Positions 34,842 through 43,922 of a stretch of 64,000 nt of DNA are shown here, in pieces (position 1 is the stretch's first letter; the number at the start of each line of letters is the position of its first letter). A model generated the notes under the pieces. It worked only from the letters and a program-made list of their open reading frames with translations, had not been told where the DNA came from and made no database searches. The position numbers and the translations under genes are program-made. The stretch covers positions 26,218 to 90,217 of the forward strand of contig JAFZWH010000093.1 in the NCBI GenBank assembly GCA_017617415.1, in the 5' to 3' direction. Origin of the DNA: Victivallales bacterium (lineage in GTDB: Bacteria; Verrucomicrobiota; Lentisphaeria; Oligosphaerales; Oligosphaeraceae).

Positions 34842-37598
34842 CTATTGGGCAGCCTCGACCTGTTTGGCAGCCTTTTTGGCCTGTTTGGCGGCGCGGGCAG
34901 CCTTGCGGGCTTCAGAAAGCTCATTGCCGTCTTGCTTGGTATGCTTGTGCCAATGGGCGACAATTGCCGTGGCGATGAAGATGGTGGAATAGGTGCCGGA
35001 GATCAGGCCGAAGAACATCACCAGCGCGAAGTCACCGACCGCACCGCCGCCGAAGATCAGCAGACTGACCACCACAAACAAGGTGGTGATGGTGGTGAGG
35101 ATGGTTCGGGAGAGGGTGTTGTTGATGGCGAGGTTCATCAGTTCGCGGTAGGTAATGTCGTTGCGCTTCTCCTGGGTTTCACGCACGCGGTCGAAGATGA
35201 CGATGGTATCGTTGAGCGAGTAGCCGATGATGGTCATCAGCGCGGCGATCACGGTCAGCGAAATCTGTCCGCCGAAGAAGACCACGAAGATGCCTGCGGA
35301 GACAATCACGTCATGCAACACGGCGGCGACGGCGGCGACGCCATAGCGGAACTCGAAACGGAATGCAAGATAGACGATGATCGCGATGAAGGCCAACAGC
35401 GCGGAGACGATGGAGTCCTTGCGGAACTTGCTGCCGACGGAGGGACCGACCTGGTAAATGGAGGTCTGGGAGATTTTGCACTCCGGGAACTTGCTGTCCA
35501 AGGAGTCGCTGAACTCGTTGGCATCTTCTTTGAGCGCGGAAACCACGATTTCAAGTTCCTTGGCACCGGACTGTCCGCGTTTGTAGCCGACCTTCACGTC
35601 GTCATAGCCCTTGTCATTGGAGAGGAATGCACGGACGGCTGCCACGTCGGGTTCCGCCCCGTCGCAGGAGTAGGTCATCTGGGTGCCGCCGGCGAAGTCG
35701 ATGCCCATCACTGCGCCGGACTTGAAGAGCGGTCCAAGAAGCCCGATGAGGATAAAGAGGGCGGAGAGGCAGAAGGCGGGCTTCATCCACTTGAAGAAGT
35801 CGATTTTGGTATCCGCCAGGAACTTCAGACGCATCATCGAGATTTTCTTGAGCCAGTTGTTATAGGTGAAGAGGTCGAAGATGGCGTGGGTCATGAAGAG
35901 GGCGGTGAACATCGAGGAAACGATACCAAAGGCGAGGGTGACTGCGAAGCCTTGAACCGTGCCGGAACCATACTTATACAGGAAGAAGCAGGTCAGCAGA
36001 GTGGTCAGGTTGGAGTCAAAGATCGCCCAGAAGGCCTGCGCATAGCCATCCTTGATGGCATTCGTCAGCGCCTTTCCAGTGGAGAGTTCCTCGCGGATGC
36101 GCTCGAAAATCAGGATGTTAGCGTCCACAGCCATACCAATGGTCAACACCATACCGGCGATGCCAGGAAGGGTGATGGTCGCCTTGGTGAGGGACATCGT
36201 GCCCAGCACCAGAACCGTGTTGACCAAAAGCGCCAAGTCGGCGACGATGCCGCAGAAACGGTAGTAGATGACCATGAAGACGAAGACCAGGACCAGACCG
36301 AGCAATCCCGCAAAGAGGCCGCTCCGCACGGAGTCGGCACCCAGCGAAGGCTCCGTGCCGAACTCGGAGGAGATGTCGATGGAGACCGGCAGGTTGCCGG
36401 AGGAGATCACGCCGGCCAGACGGCGGGCCTCTTCGTAGGTGAAGGAGCCGGTGATTTCGGCATTGCCGCCGGTGATGGCGGTGTTGATGCGGGGCGCGGA
36501 GTACACCGTGCCATCCAGCATGATGGCCAGCAAGCGTCCGACGTTGGCACCAGTGACTTCACCGAAAGCGGCCGCGCCGCGGTCATTGAAGCTCAGGGCG
36601 ACCGTCCACTGGCCATATTGGTTCACATTGGCATAGGCGGCTTTGACATCCGCTCCGCGCACGGCAGTGGGCTGGCGCTCCAGGAAGAGGGTCTCGGTGG
36701 TCTCTTCGCCATTGCGCTCGCTCATCACTTCGACGCGCATTACATCGGCCGGCGGCACGAAATTCGGGTCAGCAAGATACTGCTGGACCAGCGTGGCGTT
36801 TTGGGTGCTTACCAGGTAGAACTCCAGTTTCGCGGCGTCCTTGATGGTATTGCGGATGCCGGTCTTGTCCGCCTCGTCCACAGATGGCATGCGGATGGAG
36901 ATGTCGGTCTCGGAAATCGCCTTGATTTCGGGTTCGGTCACGCCAGACTTGTCCAGGCGGTTGCGGAGAATCTCAAGAATCTGGTCCCGAACGATTTCAA
37001 TGGGGACGTTCTCTGCCACCTTGCCCTTGTCGAAGGAAATGACGAACTCGGTGCCGCCCTGGAGGTCAAGTCCCAGGTGGAGCTTGCCGGCGGTGCGATT
37101 GCGCACATAACGCAGAACAGTCTTGTTGTTGGCGTGGGTGGTATGGGGGACCTTGATGAAATTGCAGAGACGAATTGAGCGATGCTCGTTGTCGCCCCGC
37201 CCCGCCAGTTCGACAATTTGATAAGGAGAAAGGGTGGTTCCCTCCGGCAACGGGTTCCCGTTAAAATCCTGCCCATTGGAGAGTTTTTCAATGCGGGCTG
37301 AGAGTTCCTTCCAATTGTCCAGTGCGACGCTGGGCGCCTCGCCAGTTTCGGCGGAGATATTCTTGATGTCGTTCTGGAGCGCCTCGTAGTCTTTGCCGCT
37401 CTTGTCAGTGATGGCGTCAAGCTTTTGCTGAAGCACGACGGCCTTCTCGGCATGCTTTTCCAGCGTGGCAATGTTCTTTTTGCTCAGGCGGGTGAACTCG
37501 TCGAGGAAATCGTGATCCTTGACAGGGAAGATGGAATAGCACCATCCGCCGACAATCACGAGGATGATGATCCAACGAATCAGGAGGGATTTTTTCAT
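34842..37598 (-). CDS. secDF: Fused protein translocase subunit SecDF
   Basis: 918 aa. A SecD-like periplasmic domain plus 6 TM helices is followed by a SecF-like repeat (LTLPGIAGMVLTIGMAVDANILIFERIRE, then IGYSLNDTIVIFDRVRE). Confidence 0.9.
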   Translation of the reverse strand: MKKSLLIRWIIILVIVGGWCYSIFPVKDHDFLDEFTRLSKKNIATLEKHAEKAVVLQQKLDAITDKSGKDYEALQNDIKNISAETGEAPSVALDNWKELSARIEKLSNGQDFNGNPLPEGTTLSPYQIVELAGRGDNEHRSIRLCNFIKVPHTTHANNKTVLRYVRNRTAGKLHLGLDLQGGTEFVISFDKGKVAENVPIEIVRDQILEILRNRLDKSGVTEPEIKAISETDISIRMPSVDEADKTGIRNTIKDAAKLEFYLVSTQNATLVQQYLADPNFVPPADVMRVEVMSERNGEETTETLFLERQPTAVRGADVKAAYANVNQYGQWTVALSFNDRGAAAFGEVTGANVGRLLAIMLDGTVYSAPRINTAITGGNAEITGSFTYEEARRLAGVISSGNLPVSIDISSEFGTEPSLGADSVRSGLFAGLLGLVLVFVFMVIYYRFCGIVADLALLVNTVLVLGTMSLTKATITLPGIAGMVLTIGMAVDANILIFERIREELSTGKALTNAIKDGYAQAFWAIFDSNLTTLLTCFFLYKYGSGTVQGFAVTLAFGIVSSMFTALFMTHAIFDLFTYNNWLKKISMMRLKFLADTKIDFFKWMKPAFCLSALFILIGLLGPLFKSGAVMGIDFAGGTQMTYSCDGAEPDVAAVRAFLSNDKGYDDVKVGYKRGQSGAKELEIVVSALKEDANEFSDSLDSKFPECKISQTSIYQVGPSVGSKFRKDSIVSALLAFIAIIVYLAFRFEFRYGVAAVAAVLHDVIVSAGIFVVFFGGQISLTVIAALMTIIGYSLNDTIVIFDRVRETQEKRNDITYRELMNLAINNTLSRTILTTITTLFVVVSLLIFGGGAVGDFALVMFFGLISGTYSTIFIATAIVAHWHKHTKQDGNELSEARKAARAAKQAKKAAKQVEAAQ

Positions 37599-37671
37599 AA
37601 CGGGGTTAGGTTGTTCAGTGGACTATGGTAGAAAATGCCATGGCGTTTTTCAAACAAATTGAAAATTCGCC

Positions 37672-38049
37672 TTATTGTTTCTTCGCGGCGCCTTCCTCGG
37701 CTTTTTCTTCCGGGATGATTTCCGCGATTGCCGCACGCACGAAATCCACCTCGACAGTGGAACTGAAGGCAACGCGGACTGTCTTCTCCGAGACTTTCGT
37801 GATGGTTCCCAGGGCACCCGAATTGGTCATCACCCGATCTCCGACCTTGAGTTGGCTAAGCATCTCCTGAATTTGTTTCTGCTTTCGTTGCTGCGGACGA
37901 ATCATCAGGAAATACATGATTCCCAAAATCGGCAGGAAAATCCACAGGCTTCCCAGACCGCCCCCGGCAGGGGCGCTCTGTTGTGCGGCAGGTGCGGCAT
38001 CGGCAAAGGTCAAAAAGGCTTGGAAAATGGTATTCACGGCTGCTCCCAA
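37672..38049 (-). CDS. yajC: Preprotein translocase subunit YajC
   Basis: Single TM helix then RPQQRKQKQ..L..GD.V.T..G motif. It lies immediately upstream of secDF. Confidence 0.85.
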   Translation of the reverse strand: MGAAVNTIFQAFLTFADAAPAAQQSAPAGGGLGSLWIFLPILGIMYFLMIRPQQRKQKQIQEMLSQLKVGDRVMTNSGALGTITKVSEKTVRVAFSSTVEVDFVRAAIAEIIPEEKAEEGAAKKQ

Positions 38050-38200
38050 AAAGCATTGTATGAGTTCGGCCTATTCGGTAGGCTCAATCGCAAATAGTTA
38101 AATATAATTCATTTTTCCATATTTTCAAGTAGCTTGAAGCGTCTCACGCCGGGCTGGCCCGCAAGATTCATAGAATTTTGCGAGCCAGCTCAATATATAT

Positions 38201-39184
38201 TCAAGGCTTCCAAAGTCCCCGTTCATAGAGGGTATTGAAAGCCACGGAGGCACCCGCCAGTTCGCCAATGCGCAGTCCAAGTCCAGAGAGCTCGATGGCG
38301 CAGTGGTCGGAGAACTCGCTCCAGGTGAAGCGCGGAAGGTAATACATCAGCGGCTTGAGCATCAGGTCGCCGGCATAGAAGGCGGTGGTGCCCAAGGTAA
38401 TCAGCTCAGGGTTGAAGGCCGCCAGCGCCACGCCGATGCCCTGGGCAAGCCGGAATGCAATCTCATCCATCATCTCGAGCGCCAGCGGAATCTTCGCCTT
38501 GCAGCCGGCAATCAGCGCGGGGAAGCCGAGTTTCTCCAGGTCGCCGGCGACCGCGGGGAGACGCAGGATGGCGTGATCTGGACGACACCGAAGAATATCC
38601 TGCATCCGCAGTTTCAACGAACGACCACCGCAGTATGCCTCGACGCATCCGCGTAGACCGCATCCGCAAATGGGTCCGTCAGGATTCAATACCACATGCC
38701 CTAACTCGCCTGCGTTTCCCGTAGTGCCGGTAATGAGGTGACCGCCGGAAACGATGCCGCTGCCCACGCCAGTGCTCATGGTCAGGTAGATGACGTCCTT
38801 CTTGCCTTTGCCTGACCCGAAGAACCACTCGGCCAGGACGCCGGCATTCGCATCATTCTCCAGCGCGACTGGCATGCCGAGTTCCTTTTCGAGGTCGGCG
38901 CGAATCGGGACCTTGTCCCAGTGCATGTTTGGAGAGCGCAGCAACAGTCCGTTCTTCAGATCCAGCGGTCCTGGAGCGCAAATGCCGCATGCAGACACCG
39001 CCGTCTGATCCAAACCAGCCTCGGCGAGCAATTTCCGCACAAGCTCCGCGACCTTCGGAAATACTTCGCTGTATTCACCTTGCATTGGGATGCGGTCACT
39101 GGCCAAAACCTCGCCTTGCTCATTGGCCAAGCAGACTGCGACCTTGGTGCCGCCGATGTCGATGCCTAAAACGTGGATGCTCAT
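38201..39184 (-). CDS. ROK-family sugar kinase (glucokinase-like)
   Basis: GIDIGGTK ATP motif, the ROK zinc motif CGCGLRGCVEAY, and GELGH. Confidence 0.85.
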   Translation of the reverse strand: MSIHVLGIDIGGTKVAVCLANEQGEVLASDRIPMQGEYSEVFPKVAELVRKLLAEAGLDQTAVSACGICAPGPLDLKNGLLLRSPNMHWDKVPIRADLEKELGMPVALENDANAGVLAEWFFGSGKGKKDVIYLTMSTGVGSGIVSGGHLITGTTGNAGELGHVVLNPDGPICGCGLRGCVEAYCGGRSLKLRMQDILRCRPDHAILRLPAVAGDLEKLGFPALIAGCKAKIPLALEMMDEIAFRLAQGIGVALAAFNPELITLGTTAFYAGDLMLKPLMYYLPRFTWSEFSDHCAIELSGLGLRIGELAGASVAFNTLYERGLWKP

Positions 39185-39276
39185 CTTCTCAAGTTGATAG
39201 TCAAAAAGTTAAGGGTTACAACCTTATTCCCAGACGGTTGTCTGCTCAGAGTGGACGCAATGGCCGGCTAAGCCAA

Positions 39277-39570
39277 TTAGTAGCTGCCGCCAAACATGGG
39301 ACCGGAGGGGCCGTCCTGAAACATGGGGCCGGATGGACCGTCCTGAAGCATGGGGCCGGATGGGCCGTCCTGAAGCATGGGGCCGGATGGGCCGTCCTGA
39401 ACCTTGCGTTTGCGGAGCGCCTTTTCATAAGGTGATGGACATGAGTGTTTTTTGGAAGAAACGAAGGTCTTTTGTGCGCCGACTTTACGGGCAGTCGGCT
39501 TTACGGTAACAATGAGATGCTGCGTTTCGCCCAGTTCAAACAGCGCTAAATCACGTGGGACATTCAACAT
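39277..39570 (-). CDS. Small protein with four nonapeptide repeats (x-QDGPSGPM)
   Basis: 97-aa ORF. Its ATG overlaps the stop of the upstream GT4 gene (ATGTTGA). The 27-nt repeat units are in frame, and the differences inside the units are synonymous in this frame. Confidence 0.5.
   Translation of the reverse strand: MLNVPRDLALFELGETQHLIVTVKPTARKVGAQKTFVSSKKHSCPSPYEKALRKRKVQDGPSGPMLQDGPSGPMLQDGPSGPMFQDGPSGPMFGGSY
39295..39402. repeat. 4 x 27-bp tandem repeat
   Basis: Units CATGGG(A/G)CCGGA(G/T)GG(G/A)CCGTCCTGAA(A/G/C) at 39295, 39322, 39349 and 39376. Confidence 0.9.
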
Positions 39571-40619
39571 GGGTCAAATGATTGGAAGGAATTGGGGAAA
39601 TGAATTGCGTCTGGTGCATAATATCCACCATCACGGTGAATTTTCCAGATGTAGGAGAGATATTCGCGGTATCGCGGGGCAACTGCCGCTACAGAAAAAC
39701 GCTCAAGTGCTCGAGCGCGGATGGCGGCGCGATCCAACTCTCCGCAGGCTCGAACGGCCGCGACGAATTCGGCTTGGGTTCGGCAACGGAAACCATTGAA
39801 GCCATTTTGGATGAGTTCCGGAAACGCCCCCCAGTCCGTGGCAATAACCGGTGTGCCGCAGAACATTGCCTCAATCGCGACATATCCAAAGGGTTCCAAA
39901 TAGAGCGTGGGCATGAGCACCGCTTTCGCGCGCCCCAGCAGCCGAGCCTTGTCGATTCCGCCCACGCCATGAAAAATCGCCTGAAAGGAGATTCCGGATG
40001 CCTGTGCAACCTCGCGGGCGATGTCCACGCCCTTATCCACGGCGTCTCGTCCAAGGTAGAGAAGTCCCTCGCGTTCCGCCTTTGGCACTCCAAGCGGATA
40101 ATCATCGGGGTTCACAAAGTGCGGGATGACAGTGTCGAAAAAACGGTCTTTTCGTGTTTCCGCCTGTCGGGTATAGATGAAAGCCTGATGCGCATACGAG
40201 GGGAAGACGCGATAGTGGGTCCAGCAAGTCCCGTAGCCAAGCATTGGCTCGAAGACTGGAAGGCTATGCGGGATGGCGGACAAATCGCATTGGGCAACTC
40301 CATAGATGGAGGCTATCCATTCGGGGGCACCATCATCGTTGACAGATTTCTTCAGTGCTTCGTCAAGTCGTTTTGTATAAGTGAGATGCCAGTGATTTCG
40401 GAAGGACCATTTGCTGGTTGCCTTGCCCAGTTCAACCACTGTGCCGTGGTTGCCGGGCGGCAACGAGGAGCCGGTCAGACCATAGTACGCATAGTCGATG
40501 CCCAGCAGTTCCGCCAACTGGCAGAAGTTCCAGCAGTTGAAGAGCTGGGAGTCTTCCGGGTGGATAGCCAGATCCAGCGGCAAACTTGGATGACCTAAGA
40601 TGTGCAGGCGAATGGACAA
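39564..40619 (-). CDS. GT4-family (GT-B fold) glycosyltransferase
   Basis: C-terminal EPFGYVAIEAMFCGTPVIATDWGAFPELI..GFNGF (the E-x7-E region). The only in-frame start candidate is a TTG embedded in a heptad repeat. Confidence 0.8.
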   Translation of the reverse strand: MSIRLHILGHPSLPLDLAIHPEDSQLFNCWNFCQLAELLGIDYAYYGLTGSSLPPGNHGTVVELGKATSKWSFRNHWHLTYTKRLDEALKKSVNDDGAPEWIASIYGVAQCDLSAIPHSLPVFEPMLGYGTCWTHYRVFPSYAHQAFIYTRQAETRKDRFFDTVIPHFVNPDDYPLGVPKAEREGLLYLGRDAVDKGVDIAREVAQASGISFQAIFHGVGGIDKARLLGRAKAVLMPTLYLEPFGYVAIEAMFCGTPVIATDWGAFPELIQNGFNGFRCRTQAEFVAAVRACGELDRAAIRARALERFSVAAVAPRYREYLSYIWKIHRDGGYYAPDAIHFPNSFQSFDPC

Positions 40620-40667
40620 TGGACAATGAGGGATGAGGGATGAGGGATGAGGAATGAGGAATGACTT
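40612..40667. repeat. 7-bp-periodic tandem array (8 heptads) overlapping the GT4 start codon
   Basis: ATGGACA x2, ATGAGGG x3, ATGAGGA x2 and ATGACTT on the plus strand. Confidence 0.85.
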
Positions 40668-41057
40668 AAAAGCCTTCAGTCAACCTTCTTGCCCGCGTCC
40701 CAACCAGCGGGATGAGAGATTTACCAGCCATGAAACGATCAGACGACTTTTCCAGCAAGTTGCGAAGCGGCGGTCATTGCCGCGCGGCATCACGTGCCTC
40801 GCAGACCGAGGCTGTCAGCCACATTTTCCCTGTTAGATCTCGCGTCAAACATGCACCCCTACCTCAAGGCAGAGGCAAAAATCATCAAAAAACTGAGCTT
40901 CCTTTGGATTTAACAGACATCCGCTTGACAAAAGAGAAACCGCACGCATTTTATGGTGGGTGGCGGCGGGGGTGGTGGGCCCGCACAAGAGAAGCGAATG
41001 TTCTTGGTTCTTTATTATATGTGATTAACATATTTATTTTCAAATAGTTAATCACAA

Positions 41058-41918
41058 TTATTTTGCAATCAGCCCGGCCGCGACCTTGCCAGCCATCTGC
41101 GCTGCGGTGGTCATCGCTTCGCGGTAGCCTTCGCCCCGCAAGCGTGAAGCAACGAACGCTGCCGTGAAGGCATCTCCGCACCCGACCGTATTGCGAACCG
41201 GTCCGAAATTGGCCGCAGGCACATCAAAGCGCCGGTGGCGGTCAAAGAATGTCGCGCCATCCTCGCCCCGAGTGAAAACAATTGCCTGCAAACGATAGGC
41301 CCGCAGGAGATTCTCCATCCAGCGCGACTCATCCAATTCCAGCAAACGGAGCATCTCAGGCATTTCCTCGGCCGAGACCTTGAGGATGCTACAGCGCTTC
41401 AGGGATTCCTCAATGACCTCGCGGTCGTAGAAGGGTGCCCGCAGATTCAAGTCCAAAATGCGCATGCAGTCCGGCCGAAGGCTGTTCACAAACTCCCGAA
41501 TGGTCTGGCGCGAGACAGCATTGCGTTGTGCCAGCGTGCCAAAGCAGACCGCCGCCGCCTTGCGGGAGATCGTCTGCAAATCTGTGCATGGCCGGAGAAA
41601 ATCCCAGGCGGCAGGCTCGGCGATGGCATACCGCGGAACTCCGCCTTCCCCCAATTCGACATTTACCAGCCCGGTCGGCGCTTCCGTGGTTCGCACCACC
41701 AACCGACTGGTGATATCCATTCGTCGGAGGAGTTCCTTCACCTGGGCGCCATCCGCATCCTCCCCCACTGCGGAGACCGGCACGGCAGTCATGCCGCAAT
41801 GCTGGGCAAAGCGGGAAAAATTGAATGGCGCGCCTCCCAGACGCTTGCCGTCCGGAAGACAGTCAAAGAGAATTTCGCCGATTCCGACGACGATGGGTGA
41901 TGATTCGGTGTATGACAA
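41058..41918 (-). CDS. PfkB-family carbohydrate kinase (fructokinase-like)
   Basis: N-terminal GEILFD..GGAPFN and C-terminal NTVGCGDAFTAAF motifs. Confidence 0.85.
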   Translation of the reverse strand: MSYTESSPIVVGIGEILFDCLPDGKRLGGAPFNFSRFAQHCGMTAVPVSAVGEDADGAQVKELLRRMDITSRLVVRTTEAPTGLVNVELGEGGVPRYAIAEPAAWDFLRPCTDLQTISRKAAAVCFGTLAQRNAVSRQTIREFVNSLRPDCMRILDLNLRAPFYDREVIEESLKRCSILKVSAEEMPEMLRLLELDESRWMENLLRAYRLQAIVFTRGEDGATFFDRHRRFDVPAANFGPVRNTVGCGDAFTAAFVASRLRGEGYREAMTTAAQMAGKVAAGLIAK

Positions 41919-41983
41919 TTGTGCTGGAAATGTGAGGGTTACAGAGTGCTACGCAGAGTTCAAGGACCTGCCTGCATTACGCA

Positions 41984-43228
41984 TCAGGTCCGGTAATCCG
42001 CATTGATGTTCACGTATTCATGGCTGAGGTCGCAAGTCCACAACACAAAACGGCCTGGACCGGTGCCGACCTGGAGATTGACCTGGAAGGAACGCTTTTT
42101 GAGGACAGCAGTCTGCGCTTCCTCATCCGCGTTTTCCACTGCCAGACCATTACGCACCACCGGCACGTCGTCAAAATCGAGATTTACCTGGGCGGGCTTG
42201 AAAGGAATCTTGCTGTAACCAGCCGCACAGAGGATCCGTCCCCAATTTGCATCCGCCCCATACCATGCGGTCTTGCAGAGCGGCGAGCGCGCGATTGCCT
42301 CGGCGATCTGGCGTGCGGAGGCGTCATCCACTGTGCCGGAGACATTGATTTCCACGAATTTAGTCACACCCTCGCCGTCCAGCACCATCGCTTGGGCAAG
42401 TTTGGTAGCACAGAAACGCAATGCCTCCACGAACTGATACCATTCCGGTGTATCTTCGACAATGGGGTCGTTGCCCGCCATCCCGTTGGCCAGGATCACC
42501 ATGGTGTCATTGGTGGAGGTGTCGCCGTCCACGATGATGCGGTTGAACGATTGGTTCAGCGCCACGCCAAGGGCGGCACGCAGCGCCTCGCGGCCAATGG
42601 CTGCGTCCGTGGTAAAATAGGAGAGCATGGTGGCTTGCTTCGGGCGGTTTCGGCACAGAACCATCTGCGGAGCAATCATTCCCGCTCCCTTGGTCATCGC
42701 GCCGATTCGAACTGTCTTGCCCGACAACTCGAATTCGACCGCCACGCGTTTCTGCACGGTGTCCGTTGTCATGATCGCCTTGGCGGCATCCTCTCCGCCG
42801 TCCACCGACAACCCCTTGACTGCCAAGTCGATGCCATGGCGAATAATGTCCATCGGCAACAACTTGCCAATCACTCCCGTTGACGAAACCAGCACCTCTG
42901 AGGCAAGGATCCCCAGCCTCTCGGCAGTATAGGCAGCCATTGCCTGGGCATCCGCCGCCCCTTGCTGACCGGTGCATGCGTTCGCCACACCGCTATTGAC
43001 CACCACGGCGCGAATCGGCGCACCGCCCCGAAGGACCTTGCGATCCCATTCCACCGGAGCAGCGGCGAAGAGATTGCTGGTGAATGCACCGGCTGCCTCG
43101 GCAGGGACATCGCTGACCAACAGAGCCAGGTCTGGCTGCCCGCTTGGTTTCAAACCTGCCGTGACGCCTGACGCACGAAAACCCTGCGGCGTCGTCACGC
43201 TACCGTTTTCCAGTTCAATGAAATTCAT
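41984..43228 (-). CDS. argJ: Bifunctional glutamate N-acetyltransferase/amino-acid acetyltransferase ArgJ
   Basis: 414 aa with the autoprocessing-site context ATMLSYFTTDA and KGAGMIAPQM. Confidence 0.9.
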   Translation of the reverse strand: MNFIELENGSVTTPQGFRASGVTAGLKPSGQPDLALLVSDVPAEAAGAFTSNLFAAAPVEWDRKVLRGGAPIRAVVVNSGVANACTGQQGAADAQAMAAYTAERLGILASEVLVSSTGVIGKLLPMDIIRHGIDLAVKGLSVDGGEDAAKAIMTTDTVQKRVAVEFELSGKTVRIGAMTKGAGMIAPQMVLCRNRPKQATMLSYFTTDAAIGREALRAALGVALNQSFNRIIVDGDTSTNDTMVILANGMAGNDPIVEDTPEWYQFVEALRFCATKLAQAMVLDGEGVTKFVEINVSGTVDDASARQIAEAIARSPLCKTAWYGADANWGRILCAAGYSKIPFKPAQVNLDFDDVPVVRNGLAVENADEEAQTAVLKKRSFQVNLQVGTGPGRFVLWTCDLSHEYVNINADYRT

Positions 43229-43263
43229 AGTAACAATTTAATTATTAATCAGTTATGTTATTA

Positions 43264-43908
43264 CTAATTACCAAATCCGGCAGACCGAAGCAAATCATCG
43301 GTAACGCGCGAGGCAGGAATGTAAGGCTCCAGCATTGAAGCCACGTAGCGACCGATGATGTCGGATTCCAGATTCACGCGGTCGCCGACGGCCAAATCGG
43401 CCAATGCGGTGTGGTTCCAGGTATGGGGAATGATGCAAACGGTCACCGTGTTCTCGGTCAATTCCGCAACCGTCAAGGAGATGCCGTTGATGGCGATGGA
43501 GCCTTTTTCCACCACTGGAAACTCCCGATGAGAAGGACGACATAATGTGACGGAGCGGTCGCCGGAGCGATTTTGGACCGCCAGCACCTTTGAAACCGTA
43601 TCGATGTGCCCCTGAATCAGATGTCCGCCCAAGCGGTCACCCATGCGCAATGCAGGTTCGATGTTCACCCGCCGTCCCGTGCAGTAGTCGCGGAACGTGG
43701 TGCGTTCCAACGTCTCATGGAGGGTGTCAAAAGTGCATACGGCTCCATTCAACTTGGCGATGGTCTGGCAACAGCCATCCACGGCAATGCTGTCTCCCAA
43801 CGACAGACAGTCTGGCGATAGACCAGTATCGACAATCAGTCGGCCCCCGGCCCCGGTACTTTGGAAGGAGATGACTTTTCCGATGGCTTGTATGATTCCC
43901 GTAAACAC
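43264..43908 (-). CDS. ribE: Riboflavin synthase alpha chain
   Basis: MFTGIIQAIGKV N-terminus and an internal duplicated barrel (SIAVDGCCQT, then SIAINGISLTV). Confidence 0.9.
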   Translation of the reverse strand: MFTGIIQAIGKVISFQSTGAGGRLIVDTGLSPDCLSLGDSIAVDGCCQTIAKLNGAVCTFDTLHETLERTTFRDYCTGRRVNIEPALRMGDRLGGHLIQGHIDTVSKVLAVQNRSGDRSVTLCRPSHREFPVVEKGSIAINGISLTVAELTENTVTVCIIPHTWNHTALADLAVGDRVNLESDIIGRYVASMLEPYIPASRVTDDLLRSAGFGN

Positions 43909-43922
43909 TTGTAAATGAAAAC

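Noticed and set aside
34839-37178. 779-aa antisense ORF opposite secDF
   Set aside because: It is a shadow ORF with extreme G/D/E/H/A bias. SecDF on the minus strand has the expected TM and motif architecture.
39295-39402. The 27-bp tandem repeat as a purely non-coding minisatellite
   Set aside because: The period is a multiple of 3, and the minus-strand frame stays open. Intra-unit substitutions are synonymous in that frame, and the ORF start is coupled to the upstream stop codon. Coding is therefore favoured, though unproven.
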